DNA from: Octopus bimaculoides
Lineage: Eukaryota
Length of the DNA: 39,018 bases
Direction: 5' to 3'
Assembly: GCF_001194135.2 (NCBI RefSeq)
Contig: NC_068982.1
Coordinates: forward strand, 159,654,475-159,693,492
Positions 1 to 12,676 of the stretch are shown one piece after another. Every line of letters begins with the position of its first letter. Within the stretch, counting starts at the first letter, position 1. The notes beneath the pieces were generated by a model. It did not search any database. It worked only from the letters and a program-made list of their open reading frames with translations, and had not been told where the DNA came from. Both the position numbers and the translations under genes were made by a program.

Positions 1-39
1 TATATATATATATATATATTTGATTACACATCTCCACAT

Positions 40-620
40 AGATATTTCCATCGCGAGACATCAGCATTGACCAGTATTCGTGTTTGTGTTGCTCACGCTT
101 GATATCTGGTCTCCCTGGTCATAATGTGTTGGTCGGAAATATCTCCATGCTCATCACTTGTTGAACCAAGATTGTCAGAGAAGTCCAGATGACTGTGCGG
201 GAAATGCACTTTTATACTCATGTTCCAACCCAGAGATCGATAACTAGCTAGGAGTGTCTGAAGAATGCCTTCATGCTTTGTTGACTTCCTGTTTTCCAGA
301 AAATCAGACACAACTTGAACGAAATCATACCAGACTTGTTTTTCAACGCCAGAATGGTCTCCAAAATGTTATCTTCCAGGAGTAGCCGCCTGATCTGGGA
401 GCCATCAAATATACCAGCCTTAATTTTCTCATACGACAAGACTGAAAACATTCTGCTAATGTATTTGAAACAGTCACAGTTTCAGTGTTTTAACACATGT
501 TTTAAACATTATATGGAGTACATGTTGCCTCTAGCATTCTCATGAAGAAAATGGTAATTGCCATGACTACATCTTCCAATCATTTCCTCCATCTTAATGA
601 TAAACCCCTTTCACAAGTTT
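40..620 (-). mobile_element. Degenerate DDE transposase C-terminus, Chapaev3-like (CMC/Transib-related)
   Basis: Minus-strand frames give LHIMFKTCVKTL, CFKYISRMFSVLSYEKIKAGIFDGSQIR and LGWNMSIKVHFPHSHLDFSDNLGSTSDEHG...RYQ. These match the recalled family consensus (LHIKLGLMKQFVKAL / LS.EK.KAGIFDGPQIR / LGCNMS.K.HFLHSHLDFFP.NLG..SDEQGERFHQ...RYQG). Frameshifts and stops are present. Confidence 0.75.
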
Positions 621-1153
621 GGTTGCTTTGCAGGCATTAATAATACTGTGATGTCACTATCAATCGTGATACGAAAATATGTTTTATGTCTAAAGGTACC
701 GTTCATTAAATGATTACGCATCAGAGAAATTACTCAGTTATGTATACAAATTTTGGAAAGCAAAATAGGTTTCACAATGTTCAAATACGCAATGTGACAG
801 AGATGTTAACACAACTTGATTTATGTATTTGCATCCGGCAAACACCTGCTGGCTACGAAGTGAAAACCTCCTTCAAACAGCATAGAAATTTATTCTCTTA
901 CACACTCTGCCTCCAAATAACTTGGTATTGTAAAATTGGAAATGTTAATCAATGCAAAACTCTGCAATGAATATAATTATGCAATTATTTCTTTTACCTC
1001 CTCGTAGCGCATTCAAGAAATGAAGCAGAACGCTCAGACCTGAGCACTCCATTATTACTCTCCATATTTTTACAATTACCACGTTTGCCTTAGACCACAG
1101 ATTCTCACAAGAGATAGGATCTCCACAATATCTGGTTAACATCTATCGCTAGA

Positions 1154-2167
1154 AGGGATATGTGAAAAATTCAAATCGAATGGATATCAATATAGTGGTA
1201 TAATGAAAGTATGAAATGTCTTACTTGCCCCCATACGCATGTAGTGTCATTTAACTGTTTATGCAGTTCATATCCGTCTACATTCTATTGGGATTTTTTA
1301 AAACACATTTCAATTTTACAAATTTTACTTACTTTTATATTCACCGACAAAGTATTGCACAATATCCTCGAATGGCACCACTGGTGACAGCTCGTCACAT
1401 TGAAACCACACGTTCGTCAATTCAATCCGCTCACCGAACACTTCTTTCAATTTATCCGCTCTGTCACTCTCCAGCAAATTCGTCCTCTCGTCCTCTGTAT
1501 ATTCACATCTCGTTATCTTACATCGTCTGCCATTTTTCGACTTCGTAATCCTCTTCTCTCTTCCTATACTCTTCTTTTATTCCACCATTCTCGTCAGATT
1601 CTTTCTTTTCGCCTCCTCCTTCCACTTTCCATCTCCACTCTCTTCCGATGTTCCTGGTACTTGAGTGTCCATCTTACTGCCGCTCCACGTTGTTGCTTTC
1701 TTTCTTCTGTGCATATTTTCTTTTTCATTTGATCTCTCTTCTGCAATTTTCTCTTTTGCTACTTCTGCACCTTCTATCTGAAACTCCTCCAAATTGTCTT
1801 TTCTCTTTTTCTGCTGGCTTTTTGAAAAAGAGAAAAGGTAATTTGGTGGAGATGCAGATAGAAAGTGCAGAAGTGATCGGTGAGCGGATTGAATTGTTGC
1901 AGCTGTGGTTTCAATGTGATGAGCTGCTACCAGTGGTGCCAATCAGAGACATTGTGCAATACTTTGTCGATGAATATAAAAGTAAGTAAAATTTGTGAAT
2001 TTGAAATGTGTTTAAAAAAAATAAAAAAGAAGAATCACAAACTGTACACGAACATGAATTGCATAAACAGTTAAATGACATTGCTTGTGTATGGGGGCAA
2101 GTAAGACATTTCATTTTTCATTATATCACTATATTCATAACCATTCGATTTTCGTTTCATGTACCCC
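1154..2167. mobile_element. Non-autonomous fold-back/MITE-like element with ~330-bp imperfect terminal inverted repeats
   Basis: 1154-~1490 is the reverse complement of ~1830-2167 (e.g. atgaaatgtcttacttgcccccatac vs gtatgggggcaagtaagacatttcat; aaattttacttacttttatattca vs tgaatataaaagtaagtaaaattt). Ends are GGG...CCCC. No coding capacity and no clear TSD. Confidence 0.7.
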
Positions 2168-2256
2168 ATTGTATTGTGTTGTCTGTCTTTGTTTGTCCCT
2201 TCTCGGTAAGAGCTATATGCTTATAATAAAGGAAAAAAAGCTAGCAAGACTTGCTA

Positions 2257-2335
2257 CTCCAGACTGATGAGCAATGACTCTGAAACTAGTCTATGGGTGC
2301 TGGCTTTGCTGGGTGGAGGTGCTTATCTCCCCTTA
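2257..2335 (+). ncRNA. Degenerate minimal hammerhead-ribozyme-like motif in a pLTR/retrozyme-like fragment
   Basis: CTGATGA (2264-2270)...GAAAC (2282-2286)-TA-GTC (2289-2291); palindromic ACTAGT stem III; stem I ccaga/tatgg has one mismatch; stem II is poor. Confidence 0.4.
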
Positions 2336-2505
2336 GTAAACAAACGGACACAGGAAATGTGCGAAGGCTAGCAGGAAACGGTGTTTCTTAGGGCTAAATA
2401 CCAGTAGCATTCTTCTCATTCAGGGGACTCTCGCATTAAGCTGACAACATACCATCACTTTATTTTGTAGCTACTGGATAAATATCTCTGAGAGATTTAG
2501 AAATG

Positions 2506-2545
<40 letters not shown>

Positions 2546-2596
2546 NNNNNNNNNNNNNNNNNNNNNNNNNNNNNNNNNNNNNNNNNNNNNNNNNNN

Positions 2597-2644
<48 letters not shown>

Positions 2645-4689
2645 TATATATATGTGTGTGTAGGTGCGTTTGTATTTATGTTTGTGTGTGTGCGTGTTTA
2701 AAACCACTAATTGAAAATGTAGGTTCAATGGCCATTGTAATGTCCATTAGTATTCCGTTCACATTAATAACTCAATCGAGATATACTAATATTTCACCTC
2801 CATTCAAAACGGGATTATTTATAGCTGTTTTAGAGTGCAAGTAATAATAAAAAGTAATTGTTCTTTGTTTAGCGTTAGGTCATGACTGATAAACAAGACC
2901 TCTGATCAAAGGAGAAAATACGAAATCCAAGATAACTAATCATGTTTTGTGCTGTCAGAACATTACTTCATGTGAGTGTCCGTAGAAAAATCTGTTTTTC
3001 TTTGAACAATATTTTAGCTTTTTCAAAACGTTCTGTAAACGCTTATAAGATGAATAGCTTCCTATTCGTGACTAGGACGTTGGAATTAAATTCAGGAATT
3101 GTTGAGGAATTGTGTAGCCTTTGCAATGCGCTCTTCTTTTCTAAGACGTTAAAAAAGTATTTTGGTTACGAATTTTTCTAGAAGGGCAAGCGCTTGTTTT
3201 GAGGTTTAGCCGTTCTGTTGTAGAAAGTGTCATTGTTTTTGATTAGTCGCGTATTGTCTCAAAACAATCAGTAAATCCATTGCAATCCATTGGAAGAAAT
3301 CGAAAGAAAAAAACCAGTTGACTTTTGTCTGTGCGCGGAGGTAGGAGAGAGTGGAGGAGGTGAGAACTTAAAGTAGGAAATAATGATAAACATGAAGGCG
3401 AAATACAACGGAATCTGGCGTATTATGCTGACATATTTTACGTATCACACAGCCTCGCCTTCTCTAGTACATTACCATTAAAACTATAACCTATTCAGTA
3501 TCACATGTCTAAAAAAACTCTTCTGATTTGTCCTGAGAAATTACGGAGTTGTTGCGCATTTAATTTTCTGGAAGGACTGTTAATTTGTAGATAAATTTTA
3601 AGAAAATTCTTACAGGAATTGTGTTGTTTGATACCATCTTACGAGCATTGTTTAATATTTTGGTGCGTGCAAAGATACCGGAAATGGAATAGAAAACGTT
3701 CTTGCTATAAATGCCAACTCTTGTTTGAGTGAATATGAATATATCTGAATATTCTATTTTACATTGCAATATATGTATTTCTGCATATCTTTAAGGAAAT
3801 AAATCAAATAGTTGTTTTTTATGTATTCATTTCTCAACATGTTTAGTAATTTGAAAAAGAAAAATATTGACAAGAAATTCCCATGGATTTTTCTCCATTA
3901 AATAAAGCGACTAACATACATTTCATATCAAATGAATTTCAAAATTTCAAACATCCTCAATACAGAGAGAATACTGAAATTGTGGATGGGACCACGAACT
4001 ACGTCCTTTGTATCCATTTATATTTGGTCTGATTAAAAAAAACAAAAAAACAAACACGAAAATGTTTTCTAAGAATTTGTTTTCGTGATACACCGTACAC
4101 TGCCTCTGACAAGACGAGGAAATATATATATTTTGTAGTAGCACACTATTCTATATATATCAAGAACAATTTTCTCTAACTAAACAAATTATTGTTTATT
4201 TAATTTGTGGTTTCGTAAAGTGCATATATAAAGTGTTAGTTTTCCCTAAGTATAAGAATGATGAAAATTCTATTTCATACGAGAAACACCACCTGCAGAT
4301 TTAGTAGCATTAACAAATACTAAATGCTTAAAATAATAATATCGTTATTTACACTTCTCTACATTTTCCCTCTAAGTATAAAGAAATGTGAGAAATTAAT
4401 CTCAACAAGTCAAAAATGAATGATACGCACAAACACACAGAGACACACACACACATACGCACACATATATGCATATTTACGTGTGTGCGTGTGTGAATGC
4501 ATATATATATGAATCTGTGTATTTGAGTATCTGTGTACATATACATAGAAACACTTTTACTGTTTGTGAACTATTCGTTTCTTTATGCTACTCTTTTCAA
4601 CAATGTCTGTAACAAAACACAGCTGTCAATTCTCAACTATGTTTTCTATCCTACGACCACGAATCTATCTACCACTATCTGTCCATCTT

Positions 4690-4830
4690 TTTATTTTCCC
4701 ATCGCTCTCTCACGCATACTCCTCTTCCTCACCATCCTCATTCTCCTCATCCATCTCCTCCCCTCACCTTCTCCTTCACACCAACCACCTCCTCCACCCC
4801 AGCCTCCTCCTCCACCTCCTTCTCCCCATT
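4690..4830. repeat. CT-rich low-complexity (cct/ctt) tract
   Basis: Polypyrimidine run; explains the poly-Pro/Ser ORFs at 4533-4842. Confidence 0.8.
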
Positions 4831-5459
4831 ATATGTGACTAATGTCTACTACCTCACTTTTCTATCACCCGAACCAATTTGTGATTTTCAGTTATTGAAC
4901 CTCTCTCTCTATCAACTATTCTGTGCCCTACCACTGGCTTTGCACGCTTCATTTACGGTCTTATCTTACATTTTCAATCTCCTCCACCACAGTGAACTTC
5001 CGTATTCTTCCTTCATCTACGGTTTTTTATCCGTTCAGGTCTGTCGAACAGTTTTCCCCACAATTAGATGTGATTTCCGTAACTATCGCTCTGTTGCTTA
5101 AATCATTGAGTTGCTCTGTTATGTCCATGCGATATTTCATTGACTTTAAGATACATAACAAATGTATTTTAAAAATATTGCGTTTTATTTTCTATATTTT
5201 TTTTGTTTAAGCATACTGTCATCCATAATGACTACACACAGGCACACACAGGAACACATACATGCATACATACATACATACATACATACATACATACATA
5301 CATACATACATACATTCCTACATATATACATCAAACATTCGGAGCGACAAATCGCGTATTTAGCGTGGGAGAGTATCGAAAATACGATAAATACTATCTC
5401 CAAATTTGATGCCACAACTACCAGCCCTGTTAAATAAATGGTTAAACTTCAGTTGAATT

Positions 5460-6057
5460 AACTGAAGGAGGCTTTTATTGAAGATCGTAATGAGTATCGA
5501 CTGAAACTTGAATTTATCATGCAGAGAGTTACTAAAAACAACATGGCTGGGCACAATTTCAAGGGCAACACATCTGAGAAACAGATCGAAAGCAGCATCT
5601 CAACAGATAAACAAATCCTTTCTAGCTGTAGTATCAGAAGAAACCATAACTTCAAAACACATTTTTCTTGGAGTTATAAATTGAATACTGATTTATTTAG
5701 CTGTTATTAAAACAACGAAACAAAATCCCGTTGTTGCTAATAGGAATATATTAAAATCATAATGGCACAATCTGCACCCAGACCTAAATAATTTTTCTGC
5801 AAAACAATTAGCCATCAAGCAACATATGTGGAACACAGAAAGAAAGTTAATGAATGTGACTTTATCGCAAAAAAGTCTGCAATTAACCTACTCCCAAACA
5901 ATATAAACCAAAACGTGGACAGGCGGTTCCACAGTTAGTCGCATTCCAGCAGATACTATACTGCCTACCAGACAAACTGCATTACGTGCTAAAGTAACTG
6001 ACCATTGTCACTTTACTACGGCTATGGTAAATAGGAGGCACAACCGCAAAGATTATT

Positions 6058-6127
<70 letters not shown>

Positions 6128-8740
6128 CCAAGGTTATATAGCGGTGAAGTATACCCTTACAAAATTTTTTGAAGAAAAAATAACTTTGGTTATGGAGCAC
6201 TCACTCGAAGAGAAAGCATTCATTACCAACGTAAGTAAAAGACCTCCAGACACGGCATGACAAGCTGTTAATGAAATTGGAGAGAAGTATTTAAAACAGT
6301 GTAATGAACTCTCTTCCAGGCAGATTAACGCCTGTCTGTATGCCCAGTATACTATTGCATAGCAGTATATAAACGATGTTCAAAAAGTAAACAATACCGA
6401 AACAACGAAGAAAGCGTCATCGTGGGTTTTGAAGAGAGAGAATAAGATAGTTGATTTACGGAAGATTATGAGACATGTGATGATGTTCATTGCTTGCAAA
6501 TAAGCAAGTCACTATAGTGTCATCAACAAAAAGTGAAGGAGATAGAAGTGGTGTTCGAAGATAGCAAAAAAGAGGACACCCATTTGCAAATTGATCACTC
6601 TCAAGCAGGAGCTAAAAGCTGTCAGTGAGGAACACCGAGTTCAGAAGAGAATAACAGAGGGAAAAACATAAGCAACAACAACAGCAAAACATGGAACCAT
6701 GCTTCAGTGTGCAGAGACATGAGAGGAGAAGCAGTGAACATCATAGAAGCTCCGTCTAGAGGAAAATTTGGGGCGATGAGATGAAGTTTAACCAAGGTGC
6801 TCTGTGACTAGAAGAAATTGAAATATGCTATTATTCCTGTATTACACTCAAGACATACAACACTGATGCTGATAACCTTATGATTGTAAAACTAGAAACA
6901 TCAGGATGGAAAAGCACTCGTGACTTGATTATTGGATACTGGTACAAGAAGCTAGCCTTCAACTGATCATATTTTATCAAGCTGTAACAGCAAGTTCTCG
7001 AAGGGAATAGTAGCATACCAGACTGGTTAGCAGTGATAGGGATAACACTTATTCTTATATGCAGAACCACCCACATTGCAAAAATCTACCGGTCAAAAGG
7101 ATGCCAGAAATTAATGTATAAAATACATACACTATGTTTAAACCTCTTCCAGTAAGTCTTTTGTGAATCTAATACATCATCATAGCAGCTGGGAAGGAGG
7201 GAATCTGGGGATGTGCCAAGCAAATTTTAATAAACAAATCTGTAATGTCAGAGATGCGAGAGCATAGAAGAAATCTAGTTTCAATGTGGCTGGACTAGAG
7301 GAAAGCCTTTGACCCTGTCCCCCGCTCATAGACGCTAGAAGCCCTTAGACTTTCTAAAGTTCTAGTGAGCATAGTCAGTCATAGCTCACCTGACATCATC
7401 GTGGGTCACAATCTTAAAATTAAACACAGTAAGTGATTGTATTATCACTGAGAGAATACATTATCACAAAGGCATATTCCAAGGTGATAACCTCACTGTG
7501 ATGTAGTTTATACTTTCTGTAAACTCCTTGTCATCCATGTAAAGGAATTCTGAAAGATATCTTCCTGGTTCACAAGAATTTCCCACCGTTTCTTTGTGGA
7601 TGATATGAAACTATAGGACTCGAAGCTTTATGGTGAGAAAAATGTTGCTATATGTTTGTTAAAGGAGGGAAAACTGTAAACGAGACTAGCCACATCTACA
7701 TCAAATGACCTTACTGATGAGGAATGTAACAGATAACTAGTGGTGGATGAAAACATCTTCAAATGGGACCCGTAACAAAATACGTGTCATTAAAGAATGT
7801 TACAGAAGGCTATAGAAAATATGGAAATCGGAACTCTCAAAATTAAATAAAGTAATGGCCTACAATGTGTTTGGCTGCTTGATTGGACGCTAGATGTGAT
7901 CTGAACCATTGGTGTGAAAACCCAGAAGATACTAACCAGCACACATAATTTCCATACCAACAGTGACGTAGACCGCCTCTGCTTAAAACGGAAGTAAGAC
8001 AGAAGTGGCTTAAGATCGGTTCAGATTGTCGTCGAATGTCGTATCATATCCCTGCAGCAATAACTTTTAACCACCAAGTGTCGAAGTGCATCCATTGACC
8101 AAGTTTGCATATATGAAGCTGCTAACAGCATAAGACTTGGAAGGCATCTCCTTGAGTAGCATTGTTTGTCTGATAACCTTAAATACATGCCCCAAGAAGT
8201 CACATGAAACTACCGCAGCATATCGTCAGATGAAAGGATAATCGTATATCAGCAGAAGACCTTGCATGTATATGTTAGTAGAAACATTGGGACAATAGTA
8301 ACATTGATCATCTAAATAGTCTATCATGGACCAACAACCGGATAACTAACTCCCTCTTAGAAGGATAGGCGTTTGAAATCCAGGAACAATAAATATCAAC
8401 CAAATAACTGATAAATTAAAGGGACAGAGACGCAGGAAAAGTAGCAAAATGTGACAACCGATGCAGACTTCCTGGAATTAACACCGAAGATGCCACCCAC
8501 AACATAAGCAGTTGTAAGAAATTGTCATCATGGTTTATCTATCGATGAGATATGATGCTATAGTTAGGACAGTGTATAATGAGATTTGTTAGAAGGTTAA
8601 TCCCGAGCTCCCTCATCAACAAAAGGAATCCGCAGTATGGTATAAACTCGAAAAGAAAGAAATAAGAGCCTACAGTATAGTAGAAGACACTGCCAGCCAT
8701 TCATAATAACAAAAGGAGTACTGGTTTAACATCAGGTTTT
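5460..8740 (+). mobile_element. Decayed non-LTR retrotransposon, RLE type (R4/Dong-like): reverse transcriptase plus zinc knuckle
   Basis: Broken + frames contain IPDWLAVIGITLI, THIAKIYR, AAGKEGIWGCAKQILINK, WLD*RKAFD (7287-7313), KGIFQGD (7468-7488), FFVDDMKL (7590-7613), HTNSDVDRLCLKR and CRLPGINTEDATHNISSC (8462-8515, CCHC-like). Many stops and frameshifts; the 5' boundary is approximate. Confidence 0.88.
6058..6127. repeat. (GTA)n microsatellite inside the LINE remnant
   Basis: Direct reading; source of the poly-Ser/Thr ORFs. Confidence 0.97.
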
Positions 8741-9192
8741 GGATGGATAAATATACGAAATCCAGTTAAACTATAGATCTGAACATATTCTAATTTTCAT
8801 ATATATTTGCATATTATATTTTAAAGAACCACCAATCTAAGCGACGTGTGATTTGTCCGGGTTGATATATGAAATCTCACCTTTTTGGATTCTTACATAT
8901 TTAAGACTTTTACTTAAGATGGGCGATTATTTGTTATGATATAATCCACGAATACATGTATAAAATCCTACCAAAACAGATGTCGTGTGAGTATATATAT
9001 ATATATANNNNNNNNNNNNNNNNNNNNNNNNNNNNNNNNNNNNNNNNNNNNNNNNNNNNNNNNNNNNNNNNNNNNNNNNNNNNNNNNNNNNNNNNNNNNN
9101 NNNNNNNNNNNNNNNNNNNNNNNNNNNNNNNNNNNNNNNNNNNNNNNNNNNNNNNATATATATGTGTGTGTGTGTGTGTGTGTATGTGTGTG

Positions 9193-9243
<51 letters not shown>

Positions 9244-9431
9244 ATGTATGTATAAGGTGGCTAGACGCAGTTTTAAACCAAACAGGAAATAATTCACTGT
9301 CACTAAAAGTGACCAACTCTGCAGTGAGCAACGGTATTGCTGGAAATAAGAGTCATAGATTCTTTAGCCACAAACAGGACGTGTTCTATAGGAATTGACA
9401 AGGGAGACAACCTCCCCATAGCAAGCGAGTT

Positions 9432-9484
9432 GCAATTGATTAGCATGCTAATTTTGTATAGAGACTAATACTCATCAACATTCT
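9432..9484 (-). ncRNA. Second (mutated) copy of the same hammerhead
   Basis: Minus strand reads TTGATGA-gtattagtctctatac-AAAA-ttagcatgctaa-TC-aattgc. C3>U and G12>A; perfect palindrome ATTAGCATGCTAAT at 9439-9452. Confidence 0.55.
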
Positions 9485-9700
9485 TTACTCCATTGCTGAT
9501 GGTTTAGTTGAATTCTTACCTGTCAGTATCATAGAAAATGGCATAGAAATCAGTTACTGATTCAACAAAAATATGAAAATTATAAAATAATTCAAGTGGT
9601 TAGGCGCGATTTTAAACCACGATGGAAATAATTCACCGTCACGAAAAGTGTCTAAGGCTGAATTGAGCACCGACATTGCTAGAAATAAGAGTCATAGTGA

Positions 9701-9755
9701 GCAATACTGATGAGTGCAATAATTTCTATACGAAATTTGCATGCTAATCTAATGC
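9701..9755 (+). ncRNA. Type I hammerhead ribozyme-like motif
   Basis: gcaata-CTGATGA(9707-9713)-gtgcaat...ctatac-GAAA(9732-9735)-tttgc at gctaa-TC(9748-9749)-taatgc. Core nucleotides are intact; stems I and III have one mismatch each; stem II is partly decayed. Confidence 0.65.
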
Positions 9756-10077
9756 AATACACTTGTTATGAGGTGGTTGTCTCCCCTGTCAGTTCAAACA
9801 CAACACGCGCTTTATATTTATGACTTATTTCTGGCAATGCCGGTTCTCACTACACTCTTCGTTACTTTTAGTCACAGTGAATTACATATATATACATATA
9901 TTTTTTTTTCCTTCTCCCCCTCTATCTATCTATCTATCTATGTATCTAAGTGGATAGTCATCGAAAAGTTGCAAGAAGCAACGACAGAGCTATGACTAAC
10001 GAAAATAAAACCAGTGTGTGTTATTTATATTGGCTTAATGATTCTTCATGGAGACAACACACGAACACACGAACACA

Positions 10078-10123
<46 letters not shown>

Positions 10124-10448
10124 TGGAATTTATGTCTCTACACTATCCACTTGTAATAACAAGATATGAACTCCTATTGGAATCTACATACCAAGGGCAA
10201 AAGGATTTCTACCCATTCTACATAACACAGTCAACCATGTCAGTCTTAACTTATGACGCAAAACATTGTCACTTGAAACTAATCCACGGATATAGCAGGG
10301 AACCTACAAAAATGTTAAAGACCAGTCATGTGACTATCCTCTATCAATAAAATCTTATTCATAACTTATACTAACTTGTGCGTTGAGCTCCCTATAAAAA
10401 TAGAGCAAGCTTGAAACACTAGTCAGATGCAAGTCAGTAACCTTATAA

Positions 10449-10681
10449 GGCGGTGACCTGGTAGAAACGTTAGCACGCCGAGCGAAATGCTTAGCGGTAT
10501 TTCGCCTGCCGATACGTTCTGAGTTCAAATTCCGTCGAGGTCGACTTTGCCTTCCATCCTTTCGGGGTCGATAGATTAAGTACTAGTTAGGCACTGAGGC
10601 CGATATAATCGAATTAATACCTTTGTCTGTCCTTGATGGTCCTTTCTGTGTTTGGCCCCTTGTGGGCAATAAAGAAATAAG
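10449..10681 (+). mobile_element. tRNA-derived SINE (octopus-type family, aaggcgg...gagttcaaattccg...gaggtcgactttgcc)
   Basis: tRNA-like head with B-box-like gagttcaaattcc; clearly homologous to copies at 15050, 31954 and 35231; tail aataaagaaataag. Confidence 0.85.
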
Positions 10682-12626
10682 TTGCTTTATAAGCCACGTC
10701 TTCCTATTCCAAGGTTTTGAAATTCACTGTAAACTGTGAAACCTGTTAAATCTTTAAATATAATAATAAAAAATATTTTAACTATTCTCAGTGCATTTTT
10801 AACTTCTATTTTTCCTGTATTTCTGCCCGTGTGGAATAAAATGACATTATATATAATTTGAAATAAGCAAACAACTTTTGGCAACTCTGAAATACTCGTC
10901 AAAAATTTTCCGGTGGTTCTAGAAATTTGCTTAACATCATATTTATATTTTAAAGTATGAAAATAACTAATAATTGCATTTGAAAAATTCGTATTTGTAC
11001 TTACTTACAAGCATGTGATTTATTGTAATGTGTCTGTAATGCGAAATATTAAGCAAATTCTCTGATTAAATTGCACTAAAAATGAACACAGAATTTATGG
11101 AAGCNNNNNNNNNNNNNNNNNNNNNNNNNNNNNNNNNNNNNNNNNNNNNNNNNNNNNNNNNNNNNNNNNNNNNNNNNNNNNNNNNNNNNNNNNNNNNNNN
11201 NNNNNNNNNNNNNNNNNNNNNNNNNNNNNNNNNNNNNNNNNNNNNNNNNNNNNNNNNNNNNNNNNNNNNNNNNNNNNNNNNNNNNNNNNNNNNNNNNNNN
11301 NTATATATATATATATGTGTATGTATATTTATATATATACAGATATGTATATATACATAATTATATATTAGAAAAAATGATAAGGTACTCAGATATCTGG
11401 ATGAACAGTTCTAATCGTGTTGAGTAATAAATTGTAACAGGTGTGTAAAAATATGTATATAGACATATCCGTATTTTTCGCATTTTATTCCTTAAGGAAA
11501 TTATTACACTTGTACTTAACAGCAGATAACATTTTTTAACAGTAGCATAGGCAATTAATATCTATTACAGAATTATGAAATTATATTATAAGATTGCATC
11601 ATCAGGTGCCCGAAAATATAACCCCTTTTGTGTAAGAATTATATCAAGGAAGCTTAGCGCAATGAATATGAGGCTTCTTATGTCTGCAACATCTTCTAGC
11701 CAATTGTCTTTCGCGACTCTGAGTGGAATGTGGAAGATACTTTTCTAAACATATGTAATAAATATCTCAGAAAGAATTCAATCAGTATTCGACAGGATAG
11801 TGTATTTGGCAGAAAAACACCCATAAAAATGCAAAAGGGAATGAGCCACTATGTAAGCAAATTTGAAAGAAAATTCTTATACCAGAATCCCCCAAAATGT
11901 TGCTGCTGTTGAGTGTAAGAACCTTGTACCATCGAATTTATTGATGGCAAAATGCTACTGGTGGTTGACACAGTTTATAGTGCTTACAGTATAGGAATCT
12001 AGTAGAAGATCATGCTGGTGTTCGTTAACGAGATAGAATTTGAAGTTGTCCCAGAGAAATATTGTTTATAGCTGCCTCCGCCAAAGATGATATATTGTAA
12101 TGCTATTAGAAATATTGATCTAAGATAACGATGTGATGTGATATTGAAATATTAAATATTTAATTGTATTTTTAAAATGTTCAGAATGATAATATCTATA
12201 ACAGTAACAATAATGTCTGTGAATAGATTTGTGTTGACAAACATAATAATACTCAGTAAATGATTCAACAACGATTCTCATTATTTATTTACATATTTGT
12301 TACATTCTTGATTTTTCAGTATTGTACTTTTATTTATGTTCGTCTCTACGTGTTAATATTAAAGATATTCATGATCAATTATGTATTGGCAAAATAGTAA
12401 AAATGGTTGATCACGACATAACAATAAAAAGAAATTTAGAGAAAATCAATATAAATCATGGTCACATTAAATCGTTCTTCTTGTTCTATTTAAGACTTCT
12501 CTTGTTTAGCTTAATTTGTTAGAAATTTAATAAATTCGTAAACACACTTCTCAGACATAGACTATGCTAATGATAATAATAAAAAATAATAATAGTTTAA
12601 GGTATACATAGATACATAAGTAAAAT

Positions 12627-12676
<50 letters not shown>

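Larger units (their letters stand above)
9254..9884. mobile_element. Hammerhead-bearing ~339-bp repeat unit: two minus-strand tandem copies (one partial) plus one inverted partial copy (retrozyme / Penelope pLTR-like)
   Basis: 9254-9358 ~ 9594-9697 (offset 339). 9699-9884 (+) is an inverted copy of ~9290-9482. Both the + and - copies carry a hammerhead core. Confidence 0.7.

Noticed and set aside
2940-3350. Possible minus-strand first exon (MTLSTTERLNLKTSACPSRKI|gtaacc) and GC-richer promoter-like stretch
   Set aside because: No recognisable homology, a weak donor and no supporting downstream exons.
9254-9697. Repeated block read as duplicated 42-nt micro-exons (minus) or a conserved peptide (plus; RWLDAVLN.../KWLGAILN...)
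   Set aside because: Better explained as part of the 339-bp hammerhead-bearing unit, which also has an inverted third copy.
11590-11610. Minus-strand CTGATGA (also a plus-strand CTGATGA at ~7715)
   Set aside because: No downstream stem II-GAAA; chance heptamers.
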